Positions 27,580-37,342 of a DNA stretch of 41,020 nt are shown here, one piece after another; positions within the stretch are counted from its first letter, which is position 1, and the number at the start of each line of letters is the position of its first letter. The position numbers and the translations under genes were made by a program. The stretch is from positions 1 through 41,020 of the IMG/VR virus record IMGVR_UViG_3300032233_001646. One strand, given 5' to 3'. This DNA comes from a virus (lineage: Duplodnaviria > Caudoviricetes). The notes beneath the pieces were generated by a model, which was not told the origin of the DNA, ran no database searches, and saw nothing but the letters and a program-made list of their open reading frames with translations.

Positions 27580-27608
27580 ATTATAGGGCATCTTTTGAGA
27601 TCTGTCAA
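27580..27608 (-). promoter_or_regulatory. Perfect sigma70 consensus promoter
   Basis: TTGACA-17 nt-TATAAT. Confidence 0.9.
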
Positions 27609-27614
27609 GGGGTA

Positions 27615-30600
27615 TCAGTTCATTTTTTTTAAATTATCATTTACAGAGTTGAGATAATTTTCTGGTAGTTCATAATTTTCTTTTAAATCTAAAAGTATAT
27701 TTTTAGATTCTTCAGCTTTTCCCCACCACCAACCAGAGATTGCTTTTTCAAACAGCAATCCAAACCTACCAGGATATCCAACATCTGTGCGAAGTGGTTT
27801 AAGATCAAAATTTGCATAATTCAATCCTTGTTCAGCAAAAATATAACAATCTCTCCACCACTCATGCTTTTCTGCAAAATGACTTAATAGAAAATATGCT
27901 TCAGGTCTTTCCATGTTAAAACAAAATGCCTGCTGAATAAGTGAACGAGTACTATCATCTCGTGTTCCTTGTTTATCATAACAGAATGAACCCCGAATAA
28001 GTGCTTCGTAGGTGAGATCTTTATCCTCAGATCTTTCTGCACATCTCAAATAATAAGAAAGTGCTGGAGCAGTATGTCCTTGATTTTCATACCAAATTCC
28101 TAAAGAAAAATTTGATTCTGGATTTTCAGTATCCATAGAAAAATCAGACATAAGATTTTCAATCTCGGACTTTCCTTCTTTAGATTTTTTCTTAAAAGGA
28201 AGAGCCTTTACAATAAAAGATTTTTTGGACTTTTTATCTTCTTCAATTTCAGGAAGAAGGAAGCTCTTCACTCTAGACAATTCATATACTTCTCTTGGAA
28301 GTTTATCGGTATCATACTTCTTTAAAACTGTATTCTTATCCCCAGAAGGAGAAATGGATCCAACCTTTAATGTAAGTGATTCTTGAAACTCTTCAGTATC
28401 CTCATTCCCATACTTTGATGTTGAAAGATATTCAAACTTATCATCATAATGAGTAAATGCTTTACACTTGACTTTTCTAGTTTCTGGAGATCCCATCCAA
28501 GAAAAATGCCATCCCAAATCGTTAAGCATAACTCCATTTTCAGTTAAGAAACTAATTGGAAATGGATTGAAAACATTTGATCTAATTTGTGTTGGGGTTG
28601 CCTTTTTAAGATGCTGTTTCGTACCAAAGAACATACCATTCCATTCCTTTGGATGATCAGCATCTTTGATATAAACTCTTAGATCTGCTCTTCCTTCTAG
28701 ATGAACTAGAGGAATACGAATTGCAATATCCAAGTTTTGGCGAACAACTGAAGCAATATAATTGATACAATCGGGTTTTACAATTTCATCAATATCACTA
28801 TGAATGAAAACTGTGTCGTCACCATAATCATCTAATACTGAAAGCAATGCATCTTTCTGCATTCTCTCACGAACTCTTGCACGAAGTGAATTCAAGTTGG
28901 AGCTATTACCATCATAACAATTGTGATGATCAATTTCCTGAATATCCAGATCTTCATCATCTGGAATTTCTAGGTGAATAATTTTAATTTTTTCTGAAGG
29001 AATATTAAGTTCTTCAATAATTTTTTCAAGTTCATACTCAATAGGAATTCCACTTTGAGTTTTATTTGATTCACAAATTACAAATTCATCCACATAATCC
29101 TGAAGCATATTGATCCTAAGCTCCAACATTTCCCTACCTGTTGGAGCAAAGAATGGGAAGTAATCTACAATTTTTTTAGATTTTTTCATCGTTTTGTTTT
29201 TCCACAATTTAACTGTACTATCTCTGGAACCTTTATGTGTTTGACTATGTAAATCTGCATTATGCTCATTGTCCTGTGAAAAGGTTGTATCAAGAATAAT
29301 ATTTTCAACGAATAATGGGACTGAATACGTCTTACCCATATCATAGATTAAATTTTCTACTAATGGCATCATATCAGGATTACTTAATTCTAAATGGTAA
29401 GTATCGCCAATGCAATAAGATTCAATTAATTTTTTAGCATAAGATCTTTTTGTAAGATAAGCTGTAACTGCCCAGTCATCCCATTCATGCCCCCTCAACT
29501 TCAATGAAGTCACATTACCATCCGTCTTCAAATAAAGCAGTTGTACGCATTCCCAGTCATCTGGAAGGGACTTCATAAATTCCTTCCAAGTAAAATCCCA
29601 ATCATCTACAGTTTCAAAACTTAGATCATCTTCGCAGAAAAATGCATACTCTTCATCAGTATCATTATACCACTTTTTAATTGCTTTAAGATGAGAAACT
29701 GCACACCCTTTTGTACCATCATTCAATTGATAAACACACTTACCAGTAATAACATCATCAGATTGTGCAAATCTTTTTGAAATGATTGGCGTGAATTTCT
29801 GAATATTATATTTTGCAAACTGTTCTTCAAGATGTGCTCTACGATCTTCACATTCCTCTAAACTCAAATAATAAACAGAAGGGAATCCTTCAAGCTTATT
29901 ACCATCTATTTGAGTAGCAAGATAATATCTTTCCGAAGTTTCTTGAACATCCCATTTTGTTTTTGGTTGTATGTAATGAGAAGAAATATCAGGAACCTTA
30001 TTATCATTAATGAAATTGGTTGTAATTACATAATCAGTTTGCCACTGCAATTCTTCTCCCTGATACTGCTGAGAAAGATATTCCTTTACTTGATTTTCAA
30101 GTTCTTCACTGTATTTTTCGGAATTTTCAAACCTCTTCCTATCCGAATGGGGAAGATGAATGATACTATAATCATGAGAGATCTTCTTATGTTTCAGATT
30201 CAAAAGTTCTAAGCGAGATACCATATCAGTATCTTCCCACCCATAACTTGTGATATCTTCATTATACCCACCAACTTTCATAAAATTTTCTCTTGAGACA
30301 TACAAAAGTCCCTTGAGAAATTTGAAGAAATGATTGTAAGAATTTACATACTCGGCAAGTTTAGGGAGATCTAAATCTTCACGATTGAATTCAAACATGA
30401 AGCTCCCATTCTGATCCAGTGTATCTGTTGTTCTAATTTCGCAGTTACCAGAAACAAATGAATTTTGATCAACAGGGTATGCACCAAAAAAGTTAGAATA
30501 AGGATTTAGAAGATAATCAGTATCAACCTTAAAGATATAATCTCCAGTTGCTTGATACGCAGCAAGATTTAATGGTTGAGAAAGATTAAAATGTTTTTTA

Positions 30601-30779
30601 TTCTCTACACGAATAATTTTAATTCGGGAATCTAATGATACTATATTTTCAAATGTTTCATCCGAAGTCCAATCAACAATAATAATTTCCTTAATTTCTT
30701 TGAATCTTAGCCAAGAATTTAGAGAAACAATCAAAGAATCATAACGATTCTTACAAGCACAAATTAATGATATATTCAT
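27615..30779 (-). CDS. Multidomain glycosyltransferase: GT2/GT7-C, GT25, GT17-like, TPR-like
   Basis: IIVDW, KVDTD, GGYNE...YGWED; LSL...DRR, GCAVSH, CEDD; ELRI...VDEFVICES, SDIDEI, GWHFSWMG; C-terminal helical repeats (RPEAYFLL). Confidence 0.85.
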   Translation of the reverse strand: MNISLICACKNRYDSLIVSLNSWLRFKEIKEIIIVDWTSDETFENIVSLDSRIKIIRVENKKHFNLSQPLNLAAYQATGDYIFKVDTDYLLNPYSNFFGAYPVDQNSFVSGNCEIRTTDTLDQNGSFMFEFNREDLDLPKLAEYVNSYNHFFKFLKGLLYVSRENFMKVGGYNEDITSYGWEDTDMVSRLELLNLKHKKISHDYSIIHLPHSDRKRFENSEKYSEELENQVKEYLSQQYQGEELQWQTDYVITTNFINDNKVPDISSHYIQPKTKWDVQETSERYYLATQIDGNKLEGFPSVYYLSLEECEDRRAHLEEQFAKYNIQKFTPIISKRFAQSDDVITGKCVYQLNDGTKGCAVSHLKAIKKWYNDTDEEYAFFCEDDLSFETVDDWDFTWKEFMKSLPDDWECVQLLYLKTDGNVTSLKLRGHEWDDWAVTAYLTKRSYAKKLIESYCIGDTYHLELSNPDMMPLVENLIYDMGKTYSVPLFVENIILDTTFSQDNEHNADLHSQTHKGSRDSTVKLWKNKTMKKSKKIVDYFPFFAPTGREMLELRINMLQDYVDEFVICESNKTQSGIPIEYELEKIIEELNIPSEKIKIIHLEIPDDEDLDIQEIDHHNCYDGNSSNLNSLRARVRERMQKDALLSVLDDYGDDTVFIHSDIDEIVKPDCINYIASVVRQNLDIAIRIPLVHLEGRADLRVYIKDADHPKEWNGMFFGTKQHLKKATPTQIRSNVFNPFPISFLTENGVMLNDLGWHFSWMGSPETRKVKCKAFTHYDDKFEYLSTSKYGNEDTEEFQESLTLKVGSISPSGDKNTVLKKYDTDKLPREVYELSRVKSFLLPEIEEDKKSKKSFIVKALPFKKKSKEGKSEIENLMSDFSMDTENPESNFSLGIWYENQGHTAPALSYYLRCAERSEDKDLTYEALIRGSFCYDKQGTRDDSTRSLIQQAFCFNMERPEAYFLLSHFAEKHEWWRDCYIFAEQGLNYANFDLKPLRTDVGYPGRFGLLFEKAISGWWWGKAEESKNILLDLKENYELPENYLNSVNDNLKKMN

Positions 30780-31591
30780 ACAATTTTTTCAGCGATATAA
30801 GTTTGATTATCTATTTGATCAATTTTCCAAGAAATTACTGGGGTTGCATAGTAATTATCCATTCCATCAGTAATGTATTTTCCTTGTTCAATATGAGTTT
30901 GTGCGAGAACATAATCAACCTGCCATTCTAATTCAGTTCCAGACATATGCTGAGATAAATTTTCTCGAATTTGATTTTCCCATTCTTTATTTGTTTCATA
31001 TGCCTCAAAGTTCTGAACCCTACTTTTATCAGAATGTGGAATGTGAATTGCAGTATGATTATAATTAATCATCTTCTTTTCCAAACCAAAGAGTTCTAAT
31101 CTTCTCACAATTTCATCATCTTCATACGCATAATACTTATTGAAGTTTTCATTATATCCACCAACTTTTAAAAAGTTATCTCTAGTAATATAAAGAATAC
31201 CTCTTAGATATTTGAAGTAAGGACTATTTGCAATTTCTGGATTATCATAAGAATTTTGTCCGCAGAGAAAAGATTTATCATCAACTGTATAATTATCAAA
31301 GAAACTAAAATATGGATTTAGAATATAATCCGTATCCATTTTCAACAGGTATTCTTCTTGTGCAATCTTAGCAGCAAGATTCAGTGGTTGTGGTTGATTA
31401 AAATATTTTTGATTTTTTACGGATATGACTTTTATCTTTTTATGAAGTTGAGTCAAATAATTAATTGATTGATCAGAACTCCAATCCACAATAATAATTT
31501 CCTTTACTTGATCGTAAAGAATCCAAGAAGATAATGATACAAAAAGTGCATCATGTCGATTTTTGCATGAACAGATAAGAGAGACACTCAT
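30776..31591 (-). CDS. GT2/GT7-C glycosyltransferase, paralog of the N-terminal domain of the 1054-aa protein
   Basis: CKNR, IIIVDWSSD, QPLNLAA, KMDTDY, VGGYNE, YEDDE. Confidence 0.85.
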   Translation of the reverse strand: MSVSLICSCKNRHDALFVSLSSWILYDQVKEIIIVDWSSDQSINYLTQLHKKIKVISVKNQKYFNQPQPLNLAAKIAQEEYLLKMDTDYILNPYFSFFDNYTVDDKSFLCGQNSYDNPEIANSPYFKYLRGILYITRDNFLKVGGYNENFNKYYAYEDDEIVRRLELFGLEKKMINYNHTAIHIPHSDKSRVQNFEAYETNKEWENQIRENLSQHMSGTELEWQVDYVLAQTHIEQGKYITDGMDNYYATPVISWKIDQIDNQTYIAEKIV

Positions 31592-31601
31592 TTATAAACT
31601 C

Positions 31602-32582
31602 CTAGTTAAAAATATAATCAGTTAAAAATTCTTTTGAAACTCTAACCAAATAAGCAGCATTATCTTGAAATCCAAAAGTAATCAAATAATCATTTTGGTA
31701 TTCACACATACCAACGGCAAATTCTACTCCTCCTTCTAAGAAGGAAAACCGCTTGGATGTTTTTATGATATTCCAATTCTCATCCCATACAACAAAACGA
31801 TGACGATACTTTCCATCCTTTCTTCCAGCAGGACTTTGGAATAGGAAAGTTTCATGATTCAAACAGAATCTACGATTTTCATCCAAAGGTATAACTTGAG
31901 ATCCTCCTCTTAAATCTGCACATCCCAATTCTTTCCAATCACGAACGATTACTTGTTCACAAGTATTTTTCTCCATATCATATTTTACTAGCTCTGTTCC
32001 ATTAGTCCATTTAACAAAGTGAAACGGCATATCAATCACAGGCATCCAATTCTTTTCACAATAAGAATCATTTGCTCCTGGAGTTGGAATTCTATGTTGA
32101 CTAAGTTCTTTAACACCACTTTCAGTAATTTCAATTTCACAAAGTTCCATTCTTCCTGTACCAATGGTATCAAGATCTCTCCTAACACCACAAGTATAAA
32201 GCTTACCATTCCAACGAACAATACGAGCATCTTCCAATCCAACAAATTCCCAAAGTTCTTTATCTGGATGTTTTGAAGTATCAATGCGATGATGCCATTT
32301 GATTCTCATATTTTCATCCATTTCACACATATAATTCCATGTGCGAAGACGAAGATCATTTTCAGGATGAATATAAACTAATGGACCCCAATGATGCTCA
32401 AACTTCTTTTTTTCTGAGTGGTATAAGGTGTAGTTAATATTGCGGAGATTTACAAGAATCCTACCACCATCATTGTATATTGATGGATTTGTAATTGCCG
32501 GTCCTTTTAAATCTGATGCTGGGATAATCAGTGGGTGAATACTTCCACCATTTTCAAGAGCAAGTTTAACAAAATTACTCAT
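31602..32582 (-). CDS. Five-bladed beta-propeller glycosidase/phosphorylase (GH130-like)
   Basis: NPSI, GLEDARIV, EKNWMP, LRGGSQ, VEFAVGM, ITFGFQD. Confidence 0.7.
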   Translation of the reverse strand: MSNFVKLALENGGSIHPLIIPASDLKGPAITNPSIYNDGGRILVNLRNINYTLYHSEKKKFEHHWGPLVYIHPENDLRLRTWNYMCEMDENMRIKWHHRIDTSKHPDKELWEFVGLEDARIVRWNGKLYTCGVRRDLDTIGTGRMELCEIEITESGVKELSQHRIPTPGANDSYCEKNWMPVIDMPFHFVKWTNGTELVKYDMEKNTCEQVIVRDWKELGCADLRGGSQVIPLDENRRFCLNHETFLFQSPAGRKDGKYRHRFVVWDENWNIIKTSKRFSFLEGGVEFAVGMCEYQNDYLITFGFQDNAAYLVRVSKEFLTDYIFN

Positions 32583-32605
32583 AAAGTCAATATAGTTTAT
32601 TTAAA

Positions 32606-32634
32606 AGTTTATCACATTTTCAAAGTAAAGTCAA
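32606..32634 (-). promoter_or_regulatory. Sigma70-type promoter for the GH130/GT operon
   Basis: TTGACT-17 nt-TAAACT with TGn extension. Confidence 0.6.
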
Positions 32635-32636
32635 TG

Positions 32637-33563
32637 TTACCAAGAATGAATGATAATCAAACCATTACCACCATTTCCACCTCCACCAGCAGCATTGTCG
32701 CCGCCAGCAGCTCCGCCACCTCCTCCAGAACCAAATCCACCTGCACCTCCATTGCCACCAGCACCTGTTCCAGAAGCAGAGGAACCACCAGCGCCGCCAG
32801 TTGAAAGAAGTGGTTGATAAATCTCTCTTCCTAGATTTCCAGCAGCGCCTGAGGCTGATCCCGCAAAAATACTTGGAAAAATATTATATATGGTTTGAGT
32901 TGGAGCAGTAATTGCACCGCCAAGGTTTGAAGCATCTCCTGCACCGCCAGGACCACCTGAAAGTAAAAGTCCTGTGGTTGGATAAGTAATGCTACTTCCA
33001 GTAGTAGTAGAACCACCAGCAGCACCAGTTTGCCCTGCAATAAAATTGCTTATCCCGTAAGATGCTAATAACATATCAGCAACTGTTGCCACAGTTCCAG
33101 CGGCACCTCCCGTACCACCAGTTGGAACCGCATCTGGTGCTGTAGTTCCTGCTTTTCCACTATCAGCATAACAAACACGATAAATCACACCAGTATCTTG
33201 TGCGATGCAAACATAAGAACGAATACCGTCACTTCCAAGGTTTGCAGTAGCAGGGTTTGCAGCACCTCCGTTGCCACCAACACCAGAAGAAATGTACAAT
33301 AAATCTGGAAGAACGTAAGCAGGAATAGTAACAATAGAGATTGCAGAACTTCCACCTCCACCTCCGCCACCTCTGTTAGTCGTAGTATTGCTACTGAAAC
33401 CGCTTCCACCGCCGCCGCCGCCAGCAATACAAGTAATGCGGATCATCTGAATGCCCATCGGCTTTTCCCATACAACCCAAGATCCACCATTAGTGTCTGA
33501 AAAACCTGGAAAGTAATCTATATTTCCCGTTTGTTGTTTTTGAAGATGTAAGTAATCTAACAT
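32637..33563 (-). CDS. Glycine-rich fibre-tip/adhesin-like protein, paralog 3
   Basis: WEKP.G...IAGGGGGGSG...YPTTGLLLSGG...GNGLIIIHSW. Confidence 0.65.
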   Translation of the reverse strand: MLDYLHLQKQQTGNIDYFPGFSDTNGGSWVVWEKPMGIQMIRITCIAGGGGGGSGFSSNTTTNRGGGGGGGSSAISIVTIPAYVLPDLLYISSGVGGNGGAANPATANLGSDGIRSYVCIAQDTGVIYRVCYADSGKAGTTAPDAVPTGGTGGAAGTVATVADMLLASYGISNFIAGQTGAAGGSTTTGSSITYPTTGLLLSGGPGGAGDASNLGGAITAPTQTIYNIFPSIFAGSASGAAGNLGREIYQPLLSTGGAGGSSASGTGAGGNGGAGGFGSGGGGGAAGGDNAAGGGGNGGNGLIIIHSW

Positions 33564-33569
33564 TGTTTT

Positions 33570-34385
33570 TTACCAGCAACTGATTATGACTAAACCATTA
33601 CCACCCTTTCCACCATCACCACCTGTGCCACTAACATTATAACCACCACCTCCACCACCAGAACCAAACCCAGCATTACCACCTTTAGCAGCATTGCCGC
33701 CACCAGCACCTCCAGTAGAAAGAAGTAATTGAAAATTTTCTATTCCATTAGCACCTGCACTTAAAGTTTGAAAAATATTATATGTGGAAGTTTGTGATGC
33801 TGGAGCAGTTATTACTCCTGGAGTACCAGCATTTGGACGCCCACCCGCACCTCCTGAAAGTAAAAGTCCTGTAGTTGGATAAGTAATATTGCCCCCTGCG
33901 GTAGCACCAGCTTGTCCGGCAAGTGCAGTAAAATTTCCCTGTCCAGCTTGTAAGGCATTTGCGATTGTTGCCGCAGTTAAAGTACCGGATCCATTACTAT
34001 AACAAACAACATAAATTGCTGCTGTACTTTGAGCAATAGAAACATAAGAAGCAACACCAGATCCTCCAGGAAACCCTGTGCTGCTACTTCCACCATTGCC
34101 CGCAAAACCACCAACACCAGAAGAAACATACAATCTATCTGGAAGGAAAATTGCAGGCATCATTACGGTAGTAACTGAACCCGAATTTCCACCAGGACCT
34201 GCACCACCAATTCCTGTGCCACCACCTTGACCACCCTCGCCACCGCTAATGGTAATAATTTTAATAAAACTTATACCTCTTGGTTTATTCCAAATCTCCC
34301 AAGAACCTCCATCAGTATTAGAAAATCCTGGGAAATAATCTATTGTACCGTTTTGTTGTTTTGGGAGATGTAAAAGATCAATCAT
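33570..34385 (-). CDS. Glycine-rich fibre-tip/adhesin-like protein, paralog 2
   Basis: Same scaffold; ends GNGLVIISCW. Confidence 0.65.
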   Translation of the reverse strand: MIDLLHLPKQQNGTIDYFPGFSNTDGGSWEIWNKPRGISFIKIITISGGEGGQGGGTGIGGAGPGGNSGSVTTVMMPAIFLPDRLYVSSGVGGFAGNGGSSSTGFPGGSGVASYVSIAQSTAAIYVVCYSNGSGTLTAATIANALQAGQGNFTALAGQAGATAGGNITYPTTGLLLSGGAGGRPNAGTPGVITAPASQTSTYNIFQTLSAGANGIENFQLLLSTGGAGGGNAAKGGNAGFGSGGGGGGYNVSGTGGDGGKGGNGLVIISCW

Positions 34386-34391
34386 TTTTCT

Positions 34392-35312
34392 TTACCACGT
34401 ATGAATAACTACTAAACCATTACCACCCCTACCACCATCACCACCATTACCACCACCAGCTCCGGCACCACCACCAGAACCAAATCCACCATCAGCTCCG
34501 TTACCACCGATACCGCCAAGAGCACCACCTCCTCCAGAACCACCAGAAGACATTAAAGGTTGGTAAAGTTCCACTCCAATTTTGCCATCCACACCAGCAC
34601 CGCCGCCAGTGATTGTTTGAAATAAATTATAAACAGTCGTTTGAGATGCTGGAGCAGTTATACCTCCACCACTTCCCGCAGAACCAGAATACCCTCCACC
34701 ACCGGCACCTCCAGAAAGTAAAAGTCCTGTTGTTGGATAAGCAATTGAAGTACCTGTAGTGCCACCACCTGCGCCGATTTGTCCTGCTATACCATTAAAA
34801 TGCCCCTGAAAACTTTGAAATGCTGCAGTTAATACTGCAGTTCCTCCACTACCTCCAGTGCCAGCTCCACCCGCTGCTGTTCCTCCTCCACCACCAGTTC
34901 CGCCAGTGGCATAACAAACAATATAAATGTTGGTATTTGATGGAGCAATGGATACCAATGAAGTCACTCCAGTAGAACCAGCACTACCAGCACCACCACC
35001 AGTAGAACCCGAACCACCTAACGCACCACGACCAGAAGAAACATATAATCTATCTGGTAGAAAAACAGCAGGAATTGTTACTGTTGCCATAGCACCAGAT
35101 CCGCCGCCACCTCCACCAGATCTGGCGTTGATACCAGTATTGGTTCCACCACCACCGCCGCCGCCGCCAGCGCCGATGCACAAAATTCTAATGAAAGTGC
35201 AACTTTTGGGTTTATTCCATACTTCCCAAGAAGTTCCAGAAGTATTGGTAAATCCTGAAAAATAATCTATTGTACCATTTTGAGGTCTTGGAAGATGTAC
35301 AAAATCAAGCAT
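34392..35312 (-). CDS. Glycine-rich fibre-tip/adhesin-like protein, paralog 1
   Basis: Same scaffold; ends GNGLVVIHTW. Confidence 0.65.
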   Translation of the reverse strand: MLDFVHLPRPQNGTIDYFSGFTNTSGTSWEVWNKPKSCTFIRILCIGAGGGGGGGGTNTGINARSGGGGGGSGAMATVTIPAVFLPDRLYVSSGRGALGGSGSTGGGAGSAGSTGVTSLVSIAPSNTNIYIVCYATGGTGGGGGTAAGGAGTGGSGGTAVLTAAFQSFQGHFNGIAGQIGAGGGTTGTSIAYPTTGLLLSGGAGGGGYSGSAGSGGGITAPASQTTVYNLFQTITGGGAGVDGKIGVELYQPLMSSGGSGGGGALGGIGGNGADGGFGSGGGAGAGGGNGGDGGRGGNGLVVIHTW

Positions 35313-35314
35313 TA

Positions 35315-35758
35315 TTAGTAATCACCACCAATTACTGTAGCAACCCAGGCAGTGTTTGCAGAAGGAGCAACACTTGTAGAAACCATTAGATACTGTCCCG
35401 TTGGAATGGCAAAGTTTAATGGAATATCAATTGGATATGATGAAACAGTTGTTGTTGGAGTTTGTGCAGCAGCATTAATCTCCTGATATAAGAAATAGTT
35501 TGCTGTCGTAAGAGTTCCAGTGTTTGTGGCAGCAATTCCAACTCTCAATGTTGCTGCAGCAGATGCAGTGGACATTGTAGATTCTGAAAGTGAAAATCTT
35601 ACTCTTTGAAGATAACTCCCATTTGCACCTGGAGTAAAAGCAAGAAATATATTTGTACCAACAGTTCCGGTTCCGTCAGATACTGTTGTAGCAGCACTTA
35701 CTCTTGCAGAAGAAACTCTTGGTGTTCCGGTAAAGATTGGTGAATTATTGGCAGGCAT
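35315..35758 (-). CDS. Putative fibre adaptor/structural protein
   Basis: MPANNSPIF...GGDY, beta-rich; AAGGAG SD; TTAAATA late-like motif at about 35782-35788. Confidence 0.6.
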   Translation of the reverse strand: MPANNSPIFTGTPRVSSARVSAATTVSDGTGTVGTNIFLAFTPGANGSYLQRVRFSLSESTMSTASAAATLRVGIAATNTGTLTTANYFLYQEINAAAQTPTTTVSSYPIDIPLNFAIPTGQYLMVSTSVAPSANTAWVATVIGGDY

Positions 35759-35784
35759 TGATTTTAATCTCCTTTATATATTAT

Positions 35785-37284
35785 TTAAGGTAAGAACATA
35801 TTATATGTAGACGCAACTACAAGTCCTAAGTTTGTTCCACTAGTAGCAGTGCCTCCTGTTATATTAATCGTAGCAATTCCTGAAGCAACTGTAACCGTAG
35901 AAATTCCAGATCCTCTAAAATCTAAAATAGTTGCTCCAGTTCCTACCGTTCCTCCAGCAGTTGCAATTCCAACTCCTGCATTGATTCCGGTTAGATTTGC
36001 ACCAGAACCAGAGAATGAGGTTGCAGTAACCACACCAGTAAAGTATCCATCACCAACAACTGCAAGTTTTGTTGTTGGAGTTGTGGTTCCTATACCAACT
36101 CTCACATTAGTTGCGTCATAAACAAAATTAGTAGCACCAGCAGAAACATTATTATTATTAAACAATACTTGTGCATTAGAACCAGCAACAGGTCCTGTTA
36201 AACCTTGAGTTCCTTGAAGTCCTTGAGCATTTTGAACGCCTTGAGTTCCTTGATACCCAGAACCTTGAACACCTTGAAGTCCTTGTGTACCTTGAGTTCC
36301 CTGAAGTCCTTGAGCGTTTTGAGTTCCTTGTGAACCCTGAAGTCCTTGAGCACTTTGAGTACCCTGAAGTCCTTGAGCATTCTGAACACCTTGAGTTCCT
36401 TGAACACCTTGAAGTCCTTGAGCACTTTGAGTACCCTGAAGTCCTTGAGCATTCTGAACACCTTGAGTTCCTTGAGAACCCTGAGAACCTAGTTTACCCT
36501 GAACTCCTTGCAATCCCTGAAGTCCTTGAGTTCCTTGGAGTCCTTGGGCTCCATTAGTACCTTGAAAATTATTTAGTTGTCCTTGAACTCCTTGAACTCC
36601 TTGGGGTCCTATAGCACCAGCACTAATTGATGTTCTTATAAAACCTTGTACTTGATCTTCATAGTCAACTTCTATACTACCAGTATCAGTTCCAATAACG
36701 TAAAGTTCAAATATTATTCTATCCGTAATATTTACTGTTACGGCATTTTGAGTAGTAACATTCCAAATAAATTCCTGCAAATTTGTACTACTAAATTGTT
36801 CAGATAAAGAACTTGTAATTGTAGTAATACCAGTTCCATCAGAATTGCATTTTAATATAATACAATTGTATTGCACACTCAATATGCTTAAAGAACGATT
36901 TACTTTAGTGTGAATAGTTATTACATTCTCTCCCACTGGAATAGACAGAACTCCAGGAGAATTTGGCTCAGTAACAAATTTATCGATTAATACTGGAACA
37001 CCAACTTGAGTTAATTGTACGGTAGTACTAGAAAGTCCAGATGTTGATGGGGATTCTAATGCTTTATAATATCCATTAATATCAGATGATTGTTTAGCAA
37101 AATAAAATATTCTTCCAGCATTTCCGCCAGTAGATCCTGTTAATCCTTGAGTTCCCTGAAGTCCTTGGGTTCCTCTAGTACCTTGTACCCCAGTAGGTCC
37201 AATAGGTCCACCAGCAGATGTTAAAACTTTAACTGCATTTTGCTGTCCAACTCTTACATTAATTAAATTTGATGGATTTGTCAT
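35785..37284 (-). CDS. Collagen-like (GXQ) tail fibre protein
   Basis: Short and long GXQ tracts; VGIGTTTPTTKLAVVG and SFSGSGANLTGI fibre motifs. Confidence 0.8.
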   Translation of the reverse strand: MTNPSNLINVRVGQQNAVKVLTSAGGPIGPTGVQGTRGTQGLQGTQGLTGSTGGNAGRIFYFAKQSSDINGYYKALESPSTSGLSSTTVQLTQVGVPVLIDKFVTEPNSPGVLSIPVGENVITIHTKVNRSLSILSVQYNCIILKCNSDGTGITTITSSLSEQFSSTNLQEFIWNVTTQNAVTVNITDRIIFELYVIGTDTGSIEVDYEDQVQGFIRTSISAGAIGPQGVQGVQGQLNNFQGTNGAQGLQGTQGLQGLQGVQGKLGSQGSQGTQGVQNAQGLQGTQSAQGLQGVQGTQGVQNAQGLQGTQSAQGLQGSQGTQNAQGLQGTQGTQGLQGVQGSGYQGTQGVQNAQGLQGTQGLTGPVAGSNAQVLFNNNNVSAGATNFVYDATNVRVGIGTTTPTTKLAVVGDGYFTGVVTATSFSGSGANLTGINAGVGIATAGGTVGTGATILDFRGSGISTVTVASGIATINITGGTATSGTNLGLVVASTYNMFLP

Positions 37285-37342
37285 TTATTTGTACTGCAAC
37301 TATTGTCCACAAATAAAAATTGAAGCTATTAGAAGTATTTAT

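Noticed and set aside
24537-27614. tRNA genes in the intergenic gaps
   Set aside because: No cloverleaf or T-loop GTTCRA context found; the structured segments are explained by the riboswitch, sRNA and terminators.
32637-35312. Diversity-generating retroelement or invertase shufflon acting on the Gly-rich paralogs
   Set aside because: No reverse transcriptase or recombinase in the window, no adenine-specific TR/VR pair and no inverted repeats seen.
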